DNA of 64,000 bases from contig CBDFIU010000001.1 in NCBI GenBank assembly GCA_965248235.1, positions 151,313 to 215,312 on the forward strand, in the 5' to 3' direction. The stretch is from Bryobacterales bacterium (lineage in GTDB: Bacteria > Acidobacteriota > Terriglobia > Bryobacterales > UBA6623). Positions within the stretch are counted from its first letter, which is position 1, and every line of letters starts with the position of its first letter. Shown here piece by piece: positions 45,026 to 52,487 of the stretch. The notes below the pieces were generated by a model. The model was not told the DNA's origin. It was given only the letters and a program-made list of their open reading frames with translations, and did not search any database. Both the position numbers and the translations under genes were made by a program.

Positions 45026-46770
45026 TGCCGCGGAAAATCCAGTCGGAAAAGCTCCCGCGCGACCGCCGTCGTGATCAAGGCGGATTCGTCTTGTTGACGC
45101 TGCTGTTTACCGCCGCGGCGATCGCCGTACAACTGGCGATCACCCTGCCGCGGGCCGCGATGGAGGCGCAGCGAATTCGCGAAGAGACACTCATCTACCG
45201 CGGCGAGCAATACAAGCGAGCCATCGAACTCTACTACCGCAAGCATCAGAAATACCCCCAAGAACTCGACGATCTCGAAGACACCAACGGCGTGCGCTAT
45301 TTGCGGCGGCGCTACAAAGACCCGCTCACCGGCGAAGACGAATGGCGGATCGTGCACATGGGTCCCGACGGGCGCTTCAAGGACTCGATCGTCTACGATA
45401 CCGAAGACGAGGAAGAGCGCTCTCGTTCCGGCATGGGGTCGGGCTTCGGCGGCGGCTTCGGTCAGAGTGGCGGCGGATTGCGCGGTTCCGGCGGCGCGCA
45501 ATCGGGTGGCTATGGCAGTGGATATCCCCAGGCGGGAGGTTTTCCGGGCACGGGCGGCCAGGCGGGCGGCGCAGCTTACCCGGGACAAGCGGGCTATCAG
45601 GGCGCCGGCGGTTTTGTGCAAGGTTACCCGAATCCCCAACAAGGCTTTGTCGCGCCGGACGGGCGTTTTCGCGGCGCCGACCGCGCCCGCGCCGTGCGGC
45701 GGTCCGCCGCGCCGCGGGTTCTCGGTCAAGGCGGACCATTCGGAGGCATTCCCGGACAGGAGGCGCCGCTTGACCCCAACGACCCCAACGGCCGGCAGGG
45801 GACCGGCCAAGATGCCGCGGCCGGGCGGAATCCGGATTACTCAACCATGCTGCCCAGCCAAATTCCGCCGGGAGCCGGGCAGCGGTCGCGATATCCCCAG
45901 CCGGGTGGGTTCGGCGCGGGCACGAACCGCCCCGGCGGTCGGCGGTCTCGCGGCAACCAACCTCGCGGCACTTCCGGCTTCGGACAGACCGGCGCGGCGG
46001 GTCAAGGCGGATTCGGCGGGGGCCGGGGCCCGGGCGCGGCCGGCCAAGCCGGGCAGCGACCAATGGGGTTCGGCGGACAAGGGGCCGGGAGCCAGGCGGC
46101 GAGCGTAATCGGACAGTTGCTGACGCAGCCGCGGCCGGGCGGTTTGGCCGGCTTGCGGGCGTCTCAAAATCGAGGCGGCGGGGCGGCTTTTACCGGGGGT
46201 ATCGCCGGCGTAGCGAGCAAGGCCGAGGAGCGCGGCGTCAAGATCTACAAGGAACGCGAAGTCTATAACGAGTGGGAATTCGTCTTCGACTACCGCGAGG
46301 CCCAAGGCGCGGGCGGCGGAATGGGGGCCATGGGCGGCGCTGGCATGCCGATCGCCGGCGGACAGCCTGGGTTGTCCTCGAGCCGCGCAATGAGCCGACC
46401 GCCCGGCGGCGGCGTAGGAATGGGCGGAGCCGTGCCGGCGGGGTACCCCACGACCGGGCTGCCGGGCGCGCAGGCGGGTCCGGGTTCGGCCTTCCAACCT
46501 CGCCGCGGAGGATCCAACTACGGTCAACGTTCGCGGCGGTCGCCCTACGCTCCGCGGCCCGGCGGCGGTACCAATCGGCAACCGCGGACAACAAATCCCT
46601 TCACTGCGCCGCGACCAGGGACACCAACATCCACTCCCCGTACAGGGAATCCCTTCCCGGGCGCGAATCAGCAACAACCCGCCAACCGCAACCTGCCGCC
46701 GGGCTTGCTGCCGGGCTCAAGCGGCCGCACTCGACGATCGCAGCCCTCCAATCAACCCAACTCGCGCTGA
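45025..46770 (+). CDS. GspG-like pseudopilin N-terminal domain fused to a roughly 440-aa Gly/Pro/Gln/Arg-rich low-complexity tail
   Basis: ATG 45025 overlaps the upstream stop (TGATG). 'RRRDQGGFVLLTLLFTAAAIAVQLAI' is a prepilin-like leader plus hydrophobic helix (Thr where Glu+5 is expected). 'YKRAIELYYRKHQKYPQELDDL...YLRRRYKDPLTGEDEWRIVHMGPDG' resembles the GspG globular domain. GGF/GGY/PGG-rich sequence follows, with one ordered island 'GGIAGVASKAEERGVKIYKEREVYNEWEFVFDY'. Confidence 0.65.
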   Translation: MPRKIQSEKLPRDRRRDQGGFVLLTLLFTAAAIAVQLAITLPRAAMEAQRIREETLIYRGEQYKRAIELYYRKHQKYPQELDDLEDTNGVRYLRRRYKDPLTGEDEWRIVHMGPDGRFKDSIVYDTEDEEERSRSGMGSGFGGGFGQSGGGLRGSGGAQSGGYGSGYPQAGGFPGTGGQAGGAAYPGQAGYQGAGGFVQGYPNPQQGFVAPDGRFRGADRARAVRRSAAPRVLGQGGPFGGIPGQEAPLDPNDPNGRQGTGQDAAAGRNPDYSTMLPSQIPPGAGQRSRYPQPGGFGAGTNRPGGRRSRGNQPRGTSGFGQTGAAGQGGFGGGRGPGAAGQAGQRPMGFGGQGAGSQAASVIGQLLTQPRPGGLAGLRASQNRGGGAAFTGGIAGVASKAEERGVKIYKEREVYNEWEFVFDYREAQGAGGGMGAMGGAGMPIAGGQPGLSSSRAMSRPPGGGVGMGGAVPAGYPTTGLPGAQAGPGSAFQPRRGGSNYGQRSRRSPYAPRPGGGTNRQPRTTNPFTAPRPGTPTSTPRTGNPFPGANQQQPANRNLPPGLLPGSSGRTRRSQPSNQPNSR

Positions 46771-46898
46771 GAAGGCTTCGATCCGCCCATTTCGGGGGAA
46801 ACCACGGCCAACCAGAGCCGCATCGCCACGCGATGCGGTCACTCAAGAATGATGCTTTGCATCCAAACAAACTTTTTCGAGCGGTCGCGGCACTAGCC
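46766..46898 (+). repeat. Family-3 composite repeat, copy X4 (5'-truncated, no MITE)
   Basis: ctgagaaggcttcgatccgccc...ggaaaccacggccaaccagagccgcatcgccacgcgatgcggtcactcaagaatgatgctttgcatccaaacaaactttttcgagcggtcgcggcactagcc. Its TGA (46768-46770) is the stop codon of the pseudopilin-like gene. Confidence 0.75.
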
Positions 46899-46951
46899 CA
46901 TCGGCCCCGGTGATTGGGCGGCGGAAGAGAACTTTCCGGGTTGCGGAACCA

Positions 46952-46980
46952 TTGACATCCAGCCGATCGAGGCGCAGAAT
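46952..46980 (+). promoter_or_regulatory. Candidate sigma-70-type promoter upstream of the ECF sigma gene
   Basis: TTGACA (46952-46957), 17-nt spacer, CAGAAT (46975-46980). A GGAAC ECF-like -35 sits just upstream (46945-46949). About 95 nt before GTG 47075. Confidence 0.3.
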
Positions 46981-47074
46981 AGAAATATCCGATCCTTGCC
47001 GTAAGAATCCTTGCCTGATACGTCTTTACTACTCACGGGTATAGAGCAGGCAACAGCGGCACGGGAGACTTCTC

Positions 47075-47623
47075 GTGCGAGCCCAAGGGAATACCAGTTC
47101 GGCCACCCGCGAAACCGAAAACCTCTTCGGTGAACACCGAGAAAGTTTACTTCGGTATATCCGCTATCGCCTCTCCGATCGCTCCGAAGCCGAGGACATC
47201 GCCCAGGAAAGCTTTATCCGCTTTTACCAGGCCCTGAGCCGAGAAGAGGAGATTTCGCAGCCCAAGGCTTGGCTGTTTCGCGTGGCCCACAATCTGTTGG
47301 TGGACCTGGGACGCAAGAAGAAGCCCGAGTTGCTCGATGAGCAAGGATGGTTGGCGGTCGAAGGCAGGATGGTGGTCGAGCCCGTTGGGCTGGACCGCGG
47401 GGCCGAACTGGCGAGCCTTCCCTGGCATCGCCTGACCGCGATCGAGTTGGAGTGCCTGCGCTTGCGGAGCGAGGGCCTGAAACTCCGCGAAATTGGTGAG
47501 GTTCTTGACGTTTCGATCTCGACCGTCGTTAGTTATATTTCCCGGGCGCTCACCAAGCTCCGCCCGGCGGCGGAGGAAGAATTTGCGGCATCTGACAACC
47601 GAAGAATTGTTGCGGCACTTTGA
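47075..47623 (+). CDS. ECF (group 4) RNA polymerase sigma-70 factor
   Basis: Region 2 'AEDIAQESFIRFYQAL...WLFRVAHNLLVDLGRKK' and region 4 'ECLRLRSEGLKLREIGEVLDVSISTVVSYISRALTKLR'. Confidence 0.85.
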   Translation: MRAQGNTSSATRETENLFGEHRESLLRYIRYRLSDRSEAEDIAQESFIRFYQALSREEEISQPKAWLFRVAHNLLVDLGRKKKPELLDEQGWLAVEGRMVVEPVGLDRGAELASLPWHRLTAIELECLRLRSEGLKLREIGEVLDVSISTVVSYISRALTKLRPAAEEEFAASDNRRIVAAL

Positions 47624-49112
47624 CGGGGAGTTGATCCCCCAGCGCGCCGAGCACATCCACCGATGCGCCTTCTGCCAGGAGGCCATGGTCGGTCTACAGT
47701 CGCTGCTCTATGAGGTCGAGCTTGAATTGAAGCGCTCGGTTCCCGCCGAGCCCGCGGCATTGCGCGAAGCTTCGCTCGAAAGACTGCGCGGGAAGATGCG
47801 TCCGTTGGTGCCGATTGTCGGTTTCCCGCAATGGCGTCGGCCGGCTTACGGGATTGCCGCGACGATCCTCATGGCCGCGCTGGGCGGTTACATGGCTTTG
47901 AATTCACCGCCGGTCGCGCTGGAACAAGCCGGCGATCAGGATCAGGTGAGCGAAACTCGGCTTTCGGCCGACCTTGCTCCCGTGCCTGCCGCTCAACCGG
48001 CGCGGTCGGCGACGGCCTCGGATGAAAATCTTACCGCGCCGATGCCGGCTGTTGCGGTTGAGACGCCGCTTTTGCTGCCCGAACGTTTCGCCTTCAGCTT
48101 TACCTCGACAACGTCGCCCGCCCCGCCGGCCGCCCTCGACAACGAAGCTCCGATGCTTGAGATAGCCTGGAGCGGCCCGACGAACCAATTGGTCCCGCTC
48201 ATGGATCCGGCCGCGTCGATTTCGTTACCGCTTGCTCCTCCGGTGCTTGAGTCTTTCGAGCCGACACGCCCGGTTCCGGCGACCGTCGAAACAGCTTCCA
48301 CGGTTGTCGACGGTCATTGGCTGCTGGCGAAAGCCGGTGTTTGGCGGGAAGATTTGCGACCCGAGCCGCGTAACGGCCGACTGACCTTCGTGGGAACGGT
48401 CGAAGACGAAACGTCTCGCCGCCGCGTGGTTGACGCTCTCTCGCGGACAGCCGCTGAGACCGATATCGCGTTCGATGTGCGCTCGCGTCGGGACGATCGC
48501 TCGGCGACGACCGAGCCGTCGGTTCGATTGGCCTTCGGCGCCCGTCCTTCGGATCGTCCGAGTGGCGGCGTCGTGCGCACCTCTCTGCTCTCGCACTTCA
48601 GTGACGCCGCGCGCAGGTCTTTCCAGACACCCGAACCATCGCTGCTGGAAGCGGAACTGGACCGCTACGTGAGCGGGATTTTCCGCGGCCAATCGCGGTT
48701 GCTGTCCCACGCCTATGCGTTGAACAGCATCTTGAGCAGCGTCGAGAGTGATCATGTGGAGCAGTTGGCCCCCGAGACGAAGCGCCGCCTGCGTGAAGTC
48801 ATCCGGCTTCACTTGTCGGCCTTGCGAGACGAGGAAGCCGCTCTCTACGACCGGCTCTCGGAAGTCTTGCCGCGCCGCTACTGGGCCTACCGCGCCGATA
48901 AGGCAACCGTTCACGCGGAAGCCGCTTGGCTCAAGCAAGGCAAAGCTCTTCTTGCCGACGCCCTTCAGCTCGATTCGACGTTGACATCGCTGTTTGGCGC
49001 CGTGCCGGGCACCGTGCGCGCCGACCAAGTAAACCACTCCTGCGGTGAGCTGCTGAGCCGCCTTCGCGGTCACATAGCGCACCTTAAGGCTCCCCTCGAA
49101 ACCCTACAATAG
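47583..49112 (+). CDS. Anti-sigma factor (zf-HC2-type N-terminus, one TM, about 400-aa periplasmic region of unknown fold)
   Basis: 'LTTEELLRHFDGELIPQRAEHIHRCAFCQEA' (H-x3-C-x2-C) and TM 'YGIAATILMAALGGYMAL'. Start assigned to TTG 47583, overlapping the sigma gene by 41 nt; the start is uncertain. Confidence 0.6.
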   Translation: MRHLTTEELLRHFDGELIPQRAEHIHRCAFCQEAMVGLQSLLYEVELELKRSVPAEPAALREASLERLRGKMRPLVPIVGFPQWRRPAYGIAATILMAALGGYMALNSPPVALEQAGDQDQVSETRLSADLAPVPAAQPARSATASDENLTAPMPAVAVETPLLLPERFAFSFTSTTSPAPPAALDNEAPMLEIAWSGPTNQLVPLMDPAASISLPLAPPVLESFEPTRPVPATVETASTVVDGHWLLAKAGVWREDLRPEPRNGRLTFVGTVEDETSRRRVVDALSRTAAETDIAFDVRSRRDDRSATTEPSVRLAFGARPSDRPSGGVVRTSLLSHFSDAARRSFQTPEPSLLEAELDRYVSGIFRGQSRLLSHAYALNSILSSVESDHVEQLAPETKRRLREVIRLHLSALRDEEAALYDRLSEVLPRRYWAYRADKATVHAEAAWLKQGKALLADALQLDSTLTSLFGAVPGTVRADQVNHSCGELLSRLRGHIAHLKAPLETLQ

Positions 49113-49116
49113 AGTC

Positions 49117-52100
49117 ATGCGCGGGAGGATGCTCCTGCCGACGGTTGTCTGCGTCTTGTTGGCTCAGCCCCTGGTGTGTCAAGCCCCCGGCGGGTCGATC
49201 GTCGGCCTTGTCGCGGACCCCGATCAGAATCCCCTCGATCGGGTGGAGATCCGCCTGATCAATCTCTCCACGGCCAAATCGATCACGACTCACAGTGACC
49301 TCACGGGCAAATTTGCTTTTACCGGTTTGCGTCCCGGGCGCTATTCATTGGCCGTTGACTTGGAAAATTACGCCGTTCAACGAATCGGCCCGTACGAAGT
49401 TTTGCCGGGAATCCCGGTCGAGGTCGCGGTCGAATTGCGCAAGCTGACGGCCCCTTTAACGAGGCCCAAGGGCGGTCTGGAGGGCATGGCTCTCGAGTAC
49501 GGTTTAGTGCGGGAGCAGATCGAAGCCACCCCGGTGATTCTAGGATCGGAAGGCCGCACGACCATCGACAAGTTGCTCCATTTGGTACCGGGGGTCAGCC
49601 CGGCGGCGTCCCTTGAGGTCGATCCGTTTACCGGGCTGGCCGCGCCGGTTTCAGCGAACGGTTCGCGCCGCTCCGCCATCAACTATCAACTCGACTACGC
49701 CTCCAACAACGCCCAAAACCGCATCAGCGGGGCGCAAGCCGGCACGTTCGGGCCGACGCCCGACGGGATTGAGACATTCCGCGTTGTGACCCATACCTAT
49801 TCGGCAAGGGACGGGCGCAACGCCGGGGCGGTGGTGACCGCGACGACCCGTGCCGGCGGCGCCGATTGGCACGGCCAAGCGAGAGCCTTCTGGCGCCCTC
49901 GGAGGGGCGATGCGCTTGAGATGTTCAACGGCTCCGCGGATCGCATCGGCGGCCGGGCCGCGGGCGGCCAATTCGGAGGGCCCATTTGGAGCAAGCGTAA
50001 TCTTTTCGCGTTCGCCGATGTGGAGGTTTGGGGGACAGACCGCGAACACAGCGAGATCTCCCCCGTCCTAACCCAGGCGGAAAGAAACGGAGACTTCTCG
50101 TCGGCTCCGGCGCCGAACCGGCCCCGCGACCCCGAGACTTTCGGCCTCTTTCCAAACGGCATCGTGCCCGCGGCCGCCTTCGATCCGTTGATGACAAAAT
50201 ATCTCGACGCGCTGGTCCCGCTTCCGAATGAAGGCGACAATCTCCATCGCTCGGAAAGCAGCATGCCCGGAGACGGCGAGATGTTTCTCGGGCGCATCGA
50301 TTGGCGGCCCGAAAATTGGGCCGTCCATTGGAGTTATTTCAACCTGCAAAATCGTGTGGTCGAACCGTCCTTCGATGCGTTATCGACTCCCGGGCTGGCG
50401 GTCCGGCGCCGTCAGCGGGCCCAAAACGCGCAGCTCTCACTCACCTATACTCCGACGCCGAGGTTGGTCAATACCGTACGTTTGGCTGGGCAGCGCCTGA
50501 CGAGCAATCACCAGCGGGGGCAACCGGACTTCCTAGAGACCTCCGCGCAAAGTTTCGGCTTCGACTTCCTCGCCTACGGCGCCGATCCCGGTACGCTTCC
50601 CGACCTCAACATTCTCGACCTCGACGCAACCGAGCGGTTGCGCGTGGCTCCCTTCCTTTTCGCCGAATCGTCGGCGCAATCGGGATTTCAGATTCGCGAT
50701 GACATTTCCTATCGTCGAGGCGGCATCGTCTTGCGCGCCGGAGCCCTGGCGCGGCGCGGAATTTGGCCCTTCTCGAACGCCGAGAATCCCGCCGGCGGCT
50801 TCACCTTTTCCTCGACCGGATTTCGCGGCGCCCTCCATCCTGTTGCGAACCTGCTGCTGGGCATTCCGACCCTCTACCGGCTGACCACGCCGCGCGCCAT
50901 GAATCTGCGCTGGCACGAATTTGCCGCCTACGGCGAGGCCGAGTGGCGGCCCCGGCGGGGTTTGCGGCTCACCGCCGGCGCGCGATACGAAGCGCAACCC
51001 CCGGCGGTCGAACGTCTTGATCGCATCGCCGCGTTCCGCCGTAATGTCGAGACCCAGGCCTTCGAGGATACCTTGCCCAATCTGATTTTCCCGGGCGATC
51101 CCGACGGCGACTTCGGCCCACTGCCTCGCTCCACGGTGCGGACCGACGGCCGGCACTTCGTTCCGCGCGTCGGTTTGGCCTATTCGCCGACCGGAGAAAG
51201 CAAGGCCGCGCGCCTGCTTCTGGGCGAATCAGGCCGTTCCGTTTTTCGAGCGTCGTACGGGGTTTTCCACGATTTCGGAGCCTTTGCCGGATCGAGCGCC
51301 GCCGCGTTGTTTCAAGCCACGTTTCCACCCTTCAGCACGGACACAAGGTACGACTTTGCGCGCCTGCAGCGCCAAGGCAGTTTCGAGGCGCCGCTGTCCA
51401 TCATTCCGCCCGCAACGGCGGGGGCGATTCGGAGTTCGCGGGTGAGTTATCCCCTGCTTTCGTTCGACCCCCTGTTTGACAACACCGCGGCTCATCATTG
51501 GACTTTCGGTTGGCAGAGGCTTCTGCCCCACCGCGTCTTCCTGAGCGCAATCTATGTAGGCTCGCGCTCGCTGAATCTACAGCGCCAACAGGAGTTGAAT
51601 ATTTTCGTACGGAATCCGTTGTTCGGCTTCAACCAGATCCGCAACATGCGGCTGCTTTCTCAATACGACAATATCCGCTCGTTCGAAAGCACGGGCAACG
51701 GGCGATACAACGGTTTGCAATGGAAGGTGACCCGCTATTTGAGCGATAACCTGGCGTTTGACGTCAGCTACACCTGGTCGAACGCTTTCGACAACGGCAG
51801 TACGGTTTTCCGCGACTCGCTGGTGAGCGAACCCTGGTCCCACTCCGATTTCGACCGTCGCCACTTAGTGTCCGCGACCTGGTTCTATCGGCTGCGGCTG
51901 CCCCGCCGGACAGCCGAAAGAGTCCCTTGGGCCGACGGTTGGCAAGTCAGCGGCATCTGGCGTTTTCATTCCGGCCTGCCGCTTGATATCCGGCAGACCG
52001 AAGACCCCACCTTCAGCTTCGTCCGCGTCGGACGGCCCGATCTCGTCGGCGATTTTCAGCGCCTGGACCCCGCCAACGAACGCACCTTCGTTCTCGCCCG

Positions 52101-52425
52101 CGGCAACGAGGTCAGCGGCCGCTTCGCCTTCGACCCGACAGCTTTCGCGCCCGTCGTGCCCACCAATTTCGACGAACTACGCCCTGGAACGCTGGGCCGC
52201 AATGCCGTGCGCATGCATGGATTTCAGCAATGGGATTTGCGCATCGGGCGTCAAGTGGCCACCGGCGAAACAACCTCGATCGACTTCGGCATCGACCTGC
52301 TCAACGCCTTCAACAACCGCAACTGGGCCGCTCCCTCGACCAACGTCGATGATCCGACCTTCGGCATCGTCCGGTCGGAGGGCCTGCCGCGAACTTTTCA
52401 ACTCAACCTGCGTTTCCGCTTTTGA
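49117..52425 (+). CDS. TonB-dependent receptor-like outer-membrane protein with N-terminal carboxypeptidase-regulatory-like domain
   Basis: Signal peptide. 'GSIVGLVADPDQNPLDRVEIRLINLSTAKSITTHSDLTGKFAFTGLRPGRYSL' (CarboxypepD_reg), plug-like region, long beta-barrel and C-terminal 'FQLNLRFRF' ending in Phe. Confidence 0.8.
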   Translation: MRGRMLLPTVVCVLLAQPLVCQAPGGSIVGLVADPDQNPLDRVEIRLINLSTAKSITTHSDLTGKFAFTGLRPGRYSLAVDLENYAVQRIGPYEVLPGIPVEVAVELRKLTAPLTRPKGGLEGMALEYGLVREQIEATPVILGSEGRTTIDKLLHLVPGVSPAASLEVDPFTGLAAPVSANGSRRSAINYQLDYASNNAQNRISGAQAGTFGPTPDGIETFRVVTHTYSARDGRNAGAVVTATTRAGGADWHGQARAFWRPRRGDALEMFNGSADRIGGRAAGGQFGGPIWSKRNLFAFADVEVWGTDREHSEISPVLTQAERNGDFSSAPAPNRPRDPETFGLFPNGIVPAAAFDPLMTKYLDALVPLPNEGDNLHRSESSMPGDGEMFLGRIDWRPENWAVHWSYFNLQNRVVEPSFDALSTPGLAVRRRQRAQNAQLSLTYTPTPRLVNTVRLAGQRLTSNHQRGQPDFLETSAQSFGFDFLAYGADPGTLPDLNILDLDATERLRVAPFLFAESSAQSGFQIRDDISYRRGGIVLRAGALARRGIWPFSNAENPAGGFTFSSTGFRGALHPVANLLLGIPTLYRLTTPRAMNLRWHEFAAYGEAEWRPRRGLRLTAGARYEAQPPAVERLDRIAAFRRNVETQAFEDTLPNLIFPGDPDGDFGPLPRSTVRTDGRHFVPRVGLAYSPTGESKAARLLLGESGRSVFRASYGVFHDFGAFAGSSAAALFQATFPPFSTDTRYDFARLQRQGSFEAPLSIIPPATAGAIRSSRVSYPLLSFDPLFDNTAAHHWTFGWQRLLPHRVFLSAIYVGSRSLNLQRQQELNIFVRNPLFGFNQIRNMRLLSQYDNIRSFESTGNGRYNGLQWKVTRYLSDNLAFDVSYTWSNAFDNGSTVFRDSLVSEPWSHSDFDRRHLVSATWFYRLRLPRRTAERVPWADGWQVSGIWRFHSGLPLDIRQTEDPTFSFVRVGRPDLVGDFQRLDPANERTFVLARGNEVSGRFAFDPTAFAPVVPTNFDELRPGTLGRNAVRMHGFQQWDLRIGRQVATGETTSIDFGIDLLNAFNNRNWAAPSTNVDDPTFGIVRSEGLPRTFQLNLRFRF

Positions 52426-52487
52426 CCAAGGCGATGCAGAGCCGGGGACGCCGCCCGACGGGTCCGCCGCGGCGTTTCACCCCGGGC

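Noticed and set aside
45342-46913. Multiple overlapping ORFs in all frames across the Gly-rich region (for example 45342-45773, 45467-46108, 45841-46677(-) and 46272-46913).
   Set aside because: This is a low-complexity GC-rich repeat artefact. Only the 45025 frame is contiguous with the pseudopilin-like N-domain, is TGATG-coupled to the upstream gene and contains the ordered island.
52447-52476. Hairpin acgccgc...gcggcgt between the convergent TonB-receptor and DUF1553 genes, considered as a bidirectional terminator.
   Set aside because: It has a 14-nt loop and only a 3-nt T tract, so it is too weak to call.
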